Assembly: GCA_949744505.1 (NCBI GenBank)
Contig: CATJXY010000018.1
Span: forward strand, 1,165 to 65,164
From: an uncultured Erysipelotrichaceae bacterium
GTDB taxonomy: Bacteria > Bacillota_I > Bacilli_A > Erysipelotrichales > Erysipelotrichaceae
Length of the DNA stretch: 64,000 nucleotides
Direction: 5' to 3'
How positions within the stretch are numbered: position 1 is the stretch's first letter; every line of letters starts with the position of its first letter. Under the pieces are notes generated by a model. It was not told the DNA's origin. It was given only the letters and a program-made list of their open reading frames with translations, and ran no database searches. Shown here piece by piece: positions 38,856 to 48,043 of this stretch. The position numbers were made by a program, and so were the translations under genes.

Positions 38856-39254
38856 ATGACTGATGAATTATTGATTGCACTTTATAATGTATGTGTAAAA
38901 CTTTTACCAATTGTAGGGGTTTTTGTATTAATTTTCTTGCTTGTTCTTATAGGAAAACTAATGACTTTTATGAATAAGTTGAACATGGGAATGGACTCTG
39001 TTAACAGAACATTGATAGAATTAGATCGTGATGTTCAACAATTTCGTGATCCATTGAATACAATGGTTAAAATTTCTCACACTGTAGATGAAGTACATGA
39101 TGCATCTAAAGAAGCTGCAAAAAATGCAATAGCTGCCGGAAAGCAGCATGCAGATGCAATCAAGACTCAGGTTTCAAGTTTTTTTAAGAAAGACGAATCA
39201 GAAAATGTAAAAGAGAATGAATCCAAGGAGGGTACTGATAATGGAAAAGAATAA
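38856..39254 (+). CDS. ytxG: DUF948 / YtxG-like membrane protein
   Basis: An N-terminal TM helix followed by a coiled coil. Its position after murC matches the B. subtilis murC-ytxG-ytxH order. Confidence 0.6.
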   Translation: MTDELLIALYNVCVKLLPIVGVFVLIFLLVLIGKLMTFMNKLNMGMDSVNRTLIELDRDVQQFRDPLNTMVKISHTVDEVHDASKEAAKNAIAAGKQHADAIKTQVSSFFKKDESENVKENESKEGTDNGKE

Positions 39255-39936
39255 TGAAAATATCAACAAAGTAATTGACGATATCGAAGAGAAGATCAAT
39301 GAACTTCAAACAGTACAAAATGAGTCAAAAAATGATGATGCAAAAGCAAAAGTTCAAGAAGCAACTCAAAAGGCAATTGAGTACTTAAATGAATTGTTAT
39401 TGCAGTTAAAAGGATTCCTCAACAGTGTTCAAGAAAATGAAAAAGTAAAAGAATCAATTACTTTAATCAAAGAAAAAGCTAAAGTGGTTTCGGAAGAAAC
39501 TGTTAAGTTTGCAAAAGATTTAAAAAATGATCCTAAAGTAAATGAAATGTGGGATTCTACAATGTCCAAACTTGAAAAATTAAGTGGAAAAATTAATAAA
39601 GAAGTAGATAATTTAAAGCAAAATGAAGAGCTGAATAAGAAGTTTGAAGAAGTTAAAGAAAAAGCCTCTAAGGGTGTAAGCGCTGTCAAAGGTTCGTTTG
39701 ATGAATTTGTAGCTAATCCTCAAGTACAAGAGGGAATAAGTAAAGCAAAAGATAAGACAGGAGAAGTTGCAAAGAAAGCTGTAACAGCTTTTGAAGAATT
39801 TGCAGCAGCAAATCCAGAAGTTAAGGAAAATCTGGAAAAAGCAAAAGTAACAACCAAAAATGCAGCAAATAAGGCAAAGATTGCCATAAAAGAGTTGCTA
39901 AAAAAGGATAGTGAAGATCATACGGATAAAAGTTAA
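39241..39936 (+). CDS. ytxH: YtxH-like coiled-coil (general stress type) protein
   Basis: Lys/Glu-rich helical repeats, an ATG after AAGGAGG, and synteny with murC and ccpA. Confidence 0.55.
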   Translation: MEKNNENINKVIDDIEEKINELQTVQNESKNDDAKAKVQEATQKAIEYLNELLLQLKGFLNSVQENEKVKESITLIKEKAKVVSEETVKFAKDLKNDPKVNEMWDSTMSKLEKLSGKINKEVDNLKQNEELNKKFEEVKEKASKGVSAVKGSFDEFVANPQVQEGISKAKDKTGEVAKKAVTAFEEFAAANPEVKENLEKAKVTTKNAANKAKIAIKELLKKDSEDHTDKS

Positions 39937-39945
39937 GGAGGATTG

Positions 39946-40944
39946 ATGATGAAAAGAGTTACGATCTATGATGTTGCGAAAGAAGCAGATGTTTCTCTTG
40001 CGACAGTTTCTCGTGTAATCAATGGCTCCGAGGTCGTTAAAGGTGCAACGAAGGAAAAAGTTGAAGCAGCTATAAAAAAAATGGGATATAAGCCGAATGC
40101 CATAGCTCAAGGATTAGCATTACAAAAAACTACAACAATTGCGTTGGTTATTCCAGAAGCGAGTTATACTTATACCGGACAGATCATTAATGGTTTATTG
40201 GATGTTGCGAAGATTTATAAATATAACATCATGATTCATACTACAACAGAAGGGATTAGTGAAATCAATGAAATTATTGAAAATATCATTAAATCCAGAG
40301 TTGATGGTGTTATCATTTACAATGACAGATTAGAACAAGATGAGTTAGCGGCCTTGACGAATTATAATATGCCTATTGTTGTTATCGGCAATAGAATGTC
40401 TGGATCAAATGTTTCTTCTGTATTTATTGATATAAAAGCGGCAATTTGTGAACTTGTAACGAAATATTTGGAAACGGGTATTAAAGATGTTGCGATTTTA
40501 CAAGATAGAAAGCATAAATATATCAGTGAACAAATGGAATTAGGGGCAAAAGAAGCGTATGAAGCAAAAGGGTTAAAATTTGATAATTATATCAAAATTG
40601 ATGCTTCTTATCGTACTTCATTCGATTTTTGTAAGCACTATTTGAATGATCATCGTCATGAAGTAATGATTGCCAATCGAGATTCACAAGCAATTGCGAT
40701 TTCTAACGCATCAAAAGAGCATGAAATCAAAGTTCCGGAAGAAATGGAAATTGTTTGTGTTTTAGATACGAAATACAATACAATGGCTCGACCACAGATT
40801 TCCAGTTTCGCTATTCCGTCATATGATTTAGGCGCTGTGGCAATGCGTGTGATGACTAAAATGCTTGCAGAAGAAGAGGAAAATGCTCAGGGAAGTGAGA
40901 TTGAGTTGAGTTATTTATTTACTCCTAGACAATCTACAAAATAA
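39946..40944 (+). CDS. ccpA: catabolite control protein A (LacI family)
   Basis: VTIYDVAKEADVSLATVSRVING...GYKPNAIAQGLALQKTTTIALVIPE closely parallels CcpA, and the synteny agrees. The start is ambiguous among 39943, 39946 and 39949. Confidence 0.85.
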   Translation: MMKRVTIYDVAKEADVSLATVSRVINGSEVVKGATKEKVEAAIKKMGYKPNAIAQGLALQKTTTIALVIPEASYTYTGQIINGLLDVAKIYKYNIMIHTTTEGISEINEIIENIIKSRVDGVIIYNDRLEQDELAALTNYNMPIVVIGNRMSGSNVSSVFIDIKAAICELVTKYLETGIKDVAILQDRKHKYISEQMELGAKEAYEAKGLKFDNYIKIDASYRTSFDFCKHYLNDHRHEVMIANRDSQAIAISNASKEHEIKVPEEMEIVCVLDTKYNTMARPQISSFAIPSYDLGAVAMRVMTKMLAEEEENAQGSEIELSYLFTPRQSTK

Positions 40945-40950
40945 GAAAGT

Positions 40951-40981
40951 GAACAGGAAATACAAAAATTTCCTGTTTTTC
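40951..40981 (+). terminator. intrinsic terminator after ccpA
   Basis: Stem AACAGGAAAT/ATTTCCTGTT followed by TTT. Confidence 0.75.
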
Positions 40982-41086
40982 TTATACTGAATATGAATTT
41001 TAAATTATAAAATGAAAAGTTAGAGTTTATTTTTTTTTATGTGTTTGCTATAATAATAAAGGAATTTTTGAAAGGTGGTTTTAATT

Positions 41087-41803
41087 ATGGGTCGTGCACA
41101 TGAAGTGCGTGCTGCTTCAATGGCAAAGACAGCAGCGATGAAATCTAAGTTGTATTCACGTTATGGAAAGGAAATTTATGTAGCTGCAAAAGCAGGTGTT
41201 CCTGATCCGGATATGAACCTTGGATTAAAGAAGAAAATAGAACAAGCTAAAGCAAATAATGTACCTGCTGATGTTATTAAAAGAGCAATTGAAAAAGCAA
41301 AAGGCAGCAATAATGAAAGCTATATTGCCAATCGTTATGAAGGATACGGACCGGGATCATCTACATTTATCATTGATCTTCTAACAGACAACGTAAATAG
41401 AGCTATCAGTGAAGTTAATATTTGTTGTAACAAAAGTGGTTCTAAGCTTGGTAAACCGGGTAGTGTCTCTTATATGTATGACAATGTTGGATTGTTGAGC
41501 TTTACATTTGATGATGAAGATAAAATGCTTGAGACATTAATTGAAAATGATGTTGAAGTTGTAGATATTGAATGTGAAGATGGAGCAATGACTGTAACTG
41601 TTATTCCTTCTGATCTTTATAAAGCAAAAGATGCCATTGATAGTATTATCCCAGATTGCAAATATGATGTATTAGAAAATACAATGCTTGCACAGGATAC
41701 TGTTCAATTAGACGAGGAACAAATGAAAAAATTTAATCGTCTTTTGGAACTTTTAGACGAATGCGATGATGTCCAAAACTACTATCATAATGTTGAAATG
41801 TAA
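41087..41803 (+). CDS. yebC: YebC/PmpR family DNA-binding regulator
   Basis: MGRAHEVRAASMAKTAA...SRYGKEI is typical of the YebC family. Confidence 0.88.
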   Translation: MGRAHEVRAASMAKTAAMKSKLYSRYGKEIYVAAKAGVPDPDMNLGLKKKIEQAKANNVPADVIKRAIEKAKGSNNESYIANRYEGYGPGSSTFIIDLLTDNVNRAISEVNICCNKSGSKLGKPGSVSYMYDNVGLLSFTFDDEDKMLETLIENDVEVVDIECEDGAMTVTVIPSDLYKAKDAIDSIIPDCKYDVLENTMLAQDTVQLDEEQMKKFNRLLELLDECDDVQNYYHNVEM

Positions 41804-41882
41804 TTTCTGTATTTCATAAAAGAATCGACAGGTTTCACTGCCGATTTTTTTTATACTGGTTTTAACAAAGGAGGGGAGCGCC

Positions 41883-42605
41883 ATTGATTGTTATATTGAG
41901 TCTTCATTTCTGTTATCAGTAATTTTAATTTTTTCATCTTCATGTATCGCTTCTTTTGTATTAAAGTGGAAAATTTCAATTAAGAAATTTTTGCTAATGT
42001 CAACATTTTTAACTATTTTAGAAGAATTTGTGTTGTTTACATGGATGAATTGGATTTGGTGTTTTATTGAAATGTTTTTCTTTTTCTTATTATTTCAAAA
42101 AAAATTTCGATTTGTACTGGCATATTCTTTATCTCGATATTTCTTGATTTTATTCACAAAGATATTTATTGATGGACACATAGTCTCGGGAATATTTTAT
42201 GTACCATCAGATAATATTTCTTGGATCTTCGTTTTTATATTTTTATTAGCTATTGATGCATTGTTTATATGCGAAAAAAGATCTGTCCTGTATCGTAATG
42301 AATACATGTATAATGTTCAGATAAGAACAGATAAATATCTGATAGATATGATCGGATACTTGGATACCGGAAATAAAAGTACTAATTTAAACACACCAAT
42401 CATAGTATTGAATAAACGCTTTTTTGAATATTTTAAGAATGTTGAAGCAAGTTATATTCAGCTGGGCTCTATTCATTCTATTTGGAAGCAGAAGGCGTAT
42501 TGTGGTGAATTGAGTGTTGAGAAAGGAAAATTTCAAAAGGTTTGGATTATTTTATCTGATCAACTTTATGATGTTGATTGCTTATTAAATATTTACAATG
42601 TGTAA
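41883..42605 (+). CDS. spoIIGA: sigma-E processing aspartic peptidase SpoIIGA (start probably ATT at 41883; the TTG at 41991 is the alternative)
   Basis: Polytopic N-terminal region, the catalytic GYLDTGN motif, and a position immediately upstream of sigE. The SD AAAGGAGGGG lies 6 nt before the in-frame ATT. Confidence 0.8.
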   Translation: MDCYIESSFLLSVILIFSSSCIASFVLKWKISIKKFLLMSTFLTILEEFVLFTWMNWIWCFIEMFFFFLLFQKKFRFVLAYSLSRYFLILFTKIFIDGHIVSGIFYVPSDNISWIFVFIFLLAIDALFICEKRSVLYRNEYMYNVQIRTDKYLIDMIGYLDTGNKSTNLNTPIIVLNKRFFEYFKNVEASYIQLGSIHSIWKQKAYCGELSVEKGKFQKVWIILSDQLYDVDCLLNIYNV

Positions 42606-42616
42606 CTGGAGGAAAT

Positions 42617-43321
42617 ATGAAAAAATTATGGTTGAAGATATTGAATTTTTTTCGATTACAGGGGAATTGCAATTCAATCTTTTTTATACAGGGAAATGAG
42701 ATATTACCTCATCCTCTTTCCAAGGAGGAAGAAGAGAAAGCATTATTGGAACTTCAAAATGGCTCAAGTGAGGCAAGGAATAAACTGATTGAACATAATT
42801 TAAGACTTGTTGTTTATATTGCCAAGAGGTATGAAACAAATCCAATCTTTATGGAGGATTTAATATCAATTGGTACAATTGGATTAATTAAAGCAGTCAA
42901 TACTTTTCAAATGGATAAGAATATAAAACTTGTTACTTATGCGTCTCGATGTATTGAAAATGAAATTTTAATGTTTTTGAGAAAAAAGAGCAGAAGAAAA
43001 GTTGAAGTTTCGTTTGATGAACCTTTAAATGTTGATTATGATGGAAATGAACTTCTTTTATCGGATATTATTGGAACGGAAGGGGATATTGTTGTTGAAC
43101 AATTCCGAATGAAAGAAGATAAAAAAGAACTATATCAGGCGATGGAGCATCTGAAAGAAACGGAAAGAATGATTTTAGAAATGAGATATGGTATTAATCA
43201 AGAGGAGTATACTCAAAAAGATATTGCTGATAAGTTGGGAATTTCGCAATCTTATATATCACGATTAGAAAAGAAAATTATTCAAAAATTAAAAGTTCAA
43301 ATGATGAAACAAAATTCGTAG
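42617..43321 (+). CDS. sigE: RNA polymerase sporulation sigma factor E (pro-sigma-E)
   Basis: The pro-sequence MKKLWLKILNFF..., followed by LPHPLSKEEE. Region 2 reads NLRLVVYIAKRY and region 4 reads QKDIADKLGISQSYISRLEKK. Confidence 0.92.
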   Translation: MKKLWLKILNFFRLQGNCNSIFFIQGNEILPHPLSKEEEEKALLELQNGSSEARNKLIEHNLRLVVYIAKRYETNPIFMEDLISIGTIGLIKAVNTFQMDKNIKLVTYASRCIENEILMFLRKKSRRKVEVSFDEPLNVDYDGNELLLSDIIGTEGDIVVEQFRMKEDKKELYQAMEHLKETERMILEMRYGINQEEYTQKDIADKLGISQSYISRLEKKIIQKLKVQMMKQNS

Positions 43322-43362
43322 AAATTTATTATAAGAATTGGTATAATTTATTTGGTGATAAA

Positions 43363-43704
43363 ATGTTTATTATATTTGGAACAAAAGGAATGCGTCAAAC
43401 AGTAGAGGTTAACAGAAGAATTGTTTGTCCGATATGTCAAAATGATCGTTTTGAATTTATCAAAACTTATCAGTGTTTTTCTTTGTTTTTTATTCCGATT
43501 CCTTTTTTGAGTTGGGATAAGAGATATTTTGCAGTATGTAAAAATTGTGGAACAACACTTCAATTCAGAAATGGATTTAACTCGGATTACATCATTGCCG
43601 GTGCACCTAGAAGAAGGGAAGAGACCAAAGTGCGTTGTCGATTTTGTGGAAGTTTAATCAGTGAATCCAATTCATATTGTCCTGAATGTGGAAATAAGCA
43701 ATAA
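43363..43704 (+). CDS. zinc-ribbon domain protein, unknown function
   Basis: CPICQ...CKNCG and CRFCG...CPECG pairs around a hydrophobic segment. Confidence 0.55.
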   Translation: MFIIFGTKGMRQTVEVNRRIVCPICQNDRFEFIKTYQCFSLFFIPIPFLSWDKRYFAVCKNCGTTLQFRNGFNSDYIIAGAPRRREETKVRCRFCGSLISESNSYCPECGNKQ

Positions 43705-43719
43705 GATAGAAAAAGTTGC

Positions 43720-43748
43720 TTGACATGGAAATAGAGCAATGGTATACT
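43720..43748 (+). promoter_or_regulatory. sigma-A promoter of infC-rpmI-rplT
   Basis: TTGACA, a 17-bp spacer, and TATACT. Confidence 0.75.
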
Positions 43749-43754
43749 ATTAAA

Positions 43755-43880
43755 GCATAAAAAGATTGTGGAAAGTAGAAGATCCCTTCTCACCTGATGT
43801 CTGTAAGACTTGGGTCATAAGCTACATAAAGTTAAATGAAAACTTTTAAGCAGGGATTTCTATGGTCCCTGCTTTTATAT
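43755..43880 (+). promoter_or_regulatory. L20-leader-type attenuator upstream of infC
   Basis: A roughly 130-nt leader ending in the hairpin AAGCAGGGA/TCCCTGCTT (43848-43874) plus TTATAT. Its position upstream of infC-rpmI-rplT matches the Firmicute L20 autoregulatory leader. Confidence 0.6.
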
Positions 43881-43897
43881 GGTTGGAGGTGTCATTT

Positions 43898-44422
43898 ATT
43901 AACAAAAAGAGAATGACTGATGAATTAGTCAATGAAAACATCCGCTTTAAAGAGGTTCTGGTTATTGGACCGCAAGGCGAACAGCTAGGAATCATGATGA
44001 GAAGAGAAGCAATGGAGAAAGCATATGATTATGATATGGATTTACTCTGTGTAGCTCCAAATGCTCAACCGCCTGTATGTAAAATACTGGATTACGGAAG
44101 ATATCGTTTTGAAGCTCAGAAAAAAGCAAAAGAAGCAAAAAAGAATCAACATGTTACTGAAGTAAAACCTTTACGTTTATCTCCTGTTATTGATACACAT
44201 GATTTTGAAACAAAGCTTCGTCAAGCTAGAAAATGGGCTGAAGACGGAATGAAAGTAAAAGTAGATATGCGCTTTCGTGGTCGTATGATGACCCGTGTTG
44301 AGGTAGGACGTAAAGTCATGAATCAATTTATTGAGCAGATTGCGGATGTAGCCATTGTTGAAAAACAACCGGTAATGGAAGGCAATACAATGTCAGTTGT
44401 TTTGACACCGAAGAAAAAATAG
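43898..44422 (+). CDS. infC: translation initiation factor IF-3 (ATT start)
   Basis: ...LVNENIRFKEVLVIGPQGEQLGIM... GGAGGTG lies 6 nt before the ATT at 43898, whereas the ATG at 43913 is too far from the SD. A non-canonical infC start is well known. Confidence 0.85.
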   Translation: MNKKRMTDELVNENIRFKEVLVIGPQGEQLGIMMRREAMEKAYDYDMDLLCVAPNAQPPVCKILDYGRYRFEAQKKAKEAKKNQHVTEVKPLRLSPVIDTHDFETKLRQARKWAEDGMKVKVDMRFRGRMMTRVEVGRKVMNQFIEQIADVAIVEKQPVMEGNTMSVVLTPKKK

Positions 44423-44444
44423 TTAGGACTAGGAGGAAAAATTT

Positions 44445-44639
44445 ATGCCAAAAATGAAAACAAAGAAGGCTTTAGCAAAACGTGTTAAAGTTACAGGTAG
44501 TGGGCAGCTGAAAAGAGGACATGCATATATTTCTCACTTTGCAGCAAATAAAACACATAAACAGAAAGTACAGCTTAGAAAAGCAGCATTAGTTCATAAG
44601 TCTGACGTTAAGAGAATCAGTCAGTTGCTGCAAGGATAA
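44445..44639 (+). CDS. rpmI: 50S ribosomal protein L35
   Basis: [24 protein letters not shown]. Confidence 0.95.
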   Translation: MPKMKTKKALAKRVKVTGSGQLKRGHAYISHFAANKTHKQKVQLRKAALVHKSDVKRISQLLQG

Positions 44640-44657
44640 TTGAAGGAGGAATAGACA

Positions 44658-45017
44658 ATGCCAAGAGTTAAAGGTGGAACAGTTTCAAGAGCCAGAAGAA
44701 AAAAGACATTAAAACTGGCTAAAGGATATTTCGGTTCAAAGCATTTGCTTTACCGTACAGCACATGAGCAAGTAATGCGTAGTTTGCGTTATGCATACAG
44801 AGATAGAAAACAACTTAAGAGAAATATGCGTAAATTGTGGATTGCTCGTATCAATGCTGCATGCAGAATGAATGATATGACTTATTCAACATTTATGCAT
44901 GGTTTAAAGCTTGCTAATATCACAATGAATAGAAAGATGCTTTCAGAAATTGCAATTCATGATCCAAAATCTTTTACTGAAATCGTAAATGTATCTAAAG
45001 CAGCTTTACAAAAATAG
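44658..45017 (+). CDS. rplT: 50S ribosomal protein L20
   Basis: [26 protein letters not shown]. Confidence 0.95.
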   Translation: MPRVKGGTVSRARRKKTLKLAKGYFGSKHLLYRTAHEQVMRSLRYAYRDRKQLKRNMRKLWIARINAACRMNDMTYSTFMHGLKLANITMNRKMLSEIAIHDPKSFTEIVNVSKAALQK

Positions 45018-45037
45018 TCGAAAGACTATTTTTTTTA
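45014..45037 (+). terminator. intrinsic terminator after rplT
   Basis: Stem ATAGTC/GACTAT with loop GAAA, followed by TTTTTTT. Confidence 0.7.
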
Positions 45038-45074
45038 CTATAAATTTGCTACAATATTTATCGGAGGATTGTTT

Positions 45075-45668
45075 ATGAAAGAGATATTGATTGCTACATC
45101 AAATGCCCATAAAGTAGAAGAATTTAAAGCAATTCTTGAACCGGAAGGATATAAAGTAAAGAGTCTTTTGGATATAGATGCGAAAATAGAAATTGATGAA
45201 AACGGAACGACTTTTGCAGAAAATTCGAGGATTAAGTCAGAAACAATATGTAAGCTTTTAAAGATTACAACAATTGCTGATGATTCCGGATTGGAGATTG
45301 ATGCATTAAATAAGCAACCGGGAGTTCATTCTGCTCGTTTTATGGGGTATGATACTCCTTATGAAATAAAGAATAAAGCATTGATAGAGGCAATGGAAGA
45401 TAAAGAAAATAGAGCATGTCGATTTGTGTGTGCAATTTCATTAGCGTCTTGTGATCAAGAAACTAAAGTTTTTGAAGGAATTGTTGAAGGGAAAGTTTCA
45501 ACCGAAATTATCGGTGAAGGTGGTTTTGGATATGATCCGATTTTTTATTATGAACCATTTCATACAACGTTCGGAAATATGAAACCTGAGATTAAAAACC
45601 AAGTTTCTCATCGTGCACTTGCATTAGAAAAATTATTGGAATATTTAAGGAGTGGAGAGTGTGAATAA
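45075..45668 (+). CDS. rdgB: dITP/XTP pyrophosphatase (RdgB/HAM1)
   Basis: ILIATSNAHKVEEF, DDSGLEIDAL...PGVHSAR, GFGYDPIF. Confidence 0.9.
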   Translation: MKEILIATSNAHKVEEFKAILEPEGYKVKSLLDIDAKIEIDENGTTFAENSRIKSETICKLLKITTIADDSGLEIDALNKQPGVHSARFMGYDTPYEIKNKALIEAMEDKENRACRFVCAISLASCDQETKVFEGIVEGKVSTEIIGEGGFGYDPIFYYEPFHTTFGNMKPEIKNQVSHRALALEKLLEYLRSGECE

Positions 45669-46350
45669 AGTAATAAAATACTTAATGAGTATCAACCATC
45701 TTTTATTTATTGTCGGTTTACTTTTGATTAGTATTGATTTTAATTGCTTTAATGTGAATTTTTATGAAAAGGAGTATGAAAAACTGAATACTGCATCAAC
45801 CATTGGGATGAGTCAGGAAGAGTTATTAAACGCAACTACTGTTTTGTTGGATTATACAAGGGATGAACGGTCCGATATGCTTGTTAATGCAACTATAAAT
45901 GGTATTCATACAGAGGTATTCAACGAGAGAGAAAAAGACCATATGGCTGATGTGAAAAACTTATATTTGAATGCTATGAGGTTCAAAAATGTTTTTTTAC
46001 TATTAGAAGTGGCTATGATTGGTTTGCTTATTGTAATTAAAAAATGGAACACAATTGTATTTTGGGAAACATTTAAGATTGCTGCAATTTCATTTGTGTT
46101 TGTTTTGCTTTTTTTCTTGTTATTCGCATTAATCGATTTTGACAGTTTTTGGCGGAATTTTCATGAAATCTTCTTTACAAATGATTTATGGCTTTTAGAT
46201 CCGAGAACCGATATTTTGATCATGATGGTACCACTTCAGTTCTTTTATGATCTTGTTATGAGAATTGTTATTACGTTTGTTTTGTTGTTTGGTTTATTTA
46301 CAACAGGTGTTTATTATTTTAAAAGAAAGGGTATTGCTTATTATGACTAA
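45661..46350 (+). CDS. TIGR01906/DUF1461 family membrane protein (Lit-like)
   Basis: FNEREKDHMADVKNL and FFTNDLWLLDPRTDILIMMVP motifs recalled for this family. The GTG at 45661 lies 8 nt after AAGGAG. Confidence 0.55.
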   Translation: MNKVIKYLMSINHLLFIVGLLLISIDFNCFNVNFYEKEYEKLNTASTIGMSQEELLNATTVLLDYTRDERSDMLVNATINGIHTEVFNEREKDHMADVKNLYLNAMRFKNVFLLLEVAMIGLLIVIKKWNTIVFWETFKIAAISFVFVLLFFLLFALIDFDSFWRNFHEIFFTNDLWLLDPRTDILIMMVPLQFFYDLVMRIVITFVLLFGLFTTGVYYFKRKGIAYYD

Positions 46351-46858
46351 AATACATATAGTATTGTATGAACCGGAAATTCCACAAAATACTGGTAATA
46401 TTATGCGCACTTGCATGGCTGCGAATTGTGTCTTACATCTTATCAAACCCTATGGATTTGTGTTAGATGAAAAACATTTGAGAAGAGCTGGAATGGATTA
46501 TAGGAAAGAAATTGAAATTCATGAGTATGAAAATTGGGATGATTTTATTTCTAAGAATGAAGGAGAGATGTTTTTTGTTACAAGGTATGGAAAAAGGCCG
46601 CCTTCAGAGTTTGATTTAGCAGTTTCTTGTGAAAACCAATATTTAATTTTCGGCAAAGAGAGTACCGGAATTCCAAAAGAAATTTTAAGAAATCATCTTG
46701 AACGATGCATGAGACTTCCGATGATAGCAAATGCGCGTAGTTTAAATTTATCTAATTGTGTAGCCATTGTCACATATGAAACTTTAAGACAGAGAGATTA
46801 TCCGGGTTTATCTAGGCATGAAGAAATTAAAGGGGAGGATTGGCTGATACAATTATGA
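46343..46858 (+). CDS. trmL: tRNA (cytidine/uridine34-2'-O)-methyltransferase (SpoU/TrmL)
   Basis: IHIVLYEPEIPQNTGNIMRTC and the SLNLSN knot motif. I chose the ATG at 46343. Confidence 0.85.
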   Translation: MTKIHIVLYEPEIPQNTGNIMRTCMAANCVLHLIKPYGFVLDEKHLRRAGMDYRKEIEIHEYENWDDFISKNEGEMFFVTRYGKRPPSEFDLAVSCENQYLIFGKESTGIPKEILRNHLERCMRLPMIANARSLNLSNCVAIVTYETLRQRDYPGLSRHEEIKGEDWLIQL

Positions 46859-47421
46859 TCAAAAAATTTGATATCTTATTTGATACATATGAAAAAAGAG
46901 TTGTCATGATTGAAATTATGCTATTGTGTTGTTTAATTGTACTATGTTTTCGAAATTATGTGCTCGGAATCAATTTGATACATTTTGATTCCGGGCTTGA
47001 TCTTTTTTCTTTAATTGAATTAAAAGACTCTACAAATACATTTTTTGGAAGATTTTTAGAATACTTGTTAAACAGTGATTTATCATTTTGGTCTTCTATA
47101 AAAGCTTTCTTTTCATCTTTTTCATGTTATGAAATAGGGTGGTTGGCTTTACTTTTGTGTTTTATATTCGAAAATGATAAAAATTCAATAATTAAGATGG
47201 CAAAAAGAGCTGTTCTTATTTTTTCTTTTTGTTATGTATTACTGTGTAGTGGTGTTATGTTTTTAGGAATTTATGCATATAAAGCTTTATCCACTGCACA
47301 AGCGGTGCAAAGACTGAGTACGATTGGAAAAGTACTTTCATGTGGTTCCGTAGTATTGGTGGTATTGATGTTGATTCAAAGCTTTTTGCAATTAGTTCAT
47401 GTTTTTTCAAAGGATGTATAA
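46855..47421 (+). CDS. hypothetical polytopic membrane protein
   Basis: Four to five hydrophobic segments. Its start overlaps the trmL stop. I recognised no family. Confidence 0.5.
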   Translation: MIKKFDILFDTYEKRVVMIEIMLLCCLIVLCFRNYVLGINLIHFDSGLDLFSLIELKDSTNTFFGRFLEYLLNSDLSFWSSIKAFFSSFSCYEIGWLALLLCFIFENDKNSIIKMAKRAVLIFSFCYVLLCSGVMFLGIYAYKALSTAQAVQRLSTIGKVLSCGSVVLVVLMLIQSFLQLVHVFSKDV

Positions 47422-47464
47422 TTTTGGATTTTATGTCAATCCTATTTCTAGGAGGCAAGAAATT

Positions 47465-47980
47465 ATGAAATTATTAAAAATGTGTTGTTGCTTATTCATG
47501 GTTCTAAGTTTAAGCGGTTGTTCCATGTTTAGAAACAATTCTTCATCAGAACAATCTTCATCTAAAACAGAAGATTCATCTCAATCTTCATCGGATACGA
47601 TGCAAAACTCATCATCACAGATGGAAACTTCTATTAATTCTGTACAAGACTATTTAGATTATTTGACTTCAAATGATTATACGTTTGATAGCATTCAGTC
47701 TGTAGATGTGAGTGGATTTGATGCAGTAGAGGGGTCAACATTTTTACATAACGGCTCTACTCTTTACTTATATCGCTTCGATGATTCAGATAGTACCATA
47801 AAAGATTATTTGGATACAACCTCTCAAAGTGGTAAGATGACTGTTTCGAGAGATGGTGAAGAATTGGAAATGAATGCTTTAGTAAATGGATATTATGTTC
47901 TATTATATCCGGAAAACTATCAATTAGGTGATTTAAGAAAAGTATTTAGTGATTATAGTTGGAATCAAACAGGGAATTAA
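47465..47980 (+). CDS. lipoprotein with a Ser-rich linker, unknown function
   Basis: MKLLKMCCCLFMVLSLSGC lipobox and the SD TAGGAGGC upstream. Confidence 0.65.
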   Translation: MKLLKMCCCLFMVLSLSGCSMFRNNSSSEQSSSKTEDSSQSSSDTMQNSSSQMETSINSVQDYLDYLTSNDYTFDSIQSVDVSGFDAVEGSTFLHNGSTLYLYRFDDSDSTIKDYLDTTSQSGKMTVSRDGEELEMNALVNGYYVLLYPENYQLGDLRKVFSDYSWNQTGN

Positions 47981-48043
47981 ATCCCTGTTTTTTGCATGAA
48001 ATCGGAAAATTAAGCATATTAGTACACTGAAAGAAGGTGTAAT

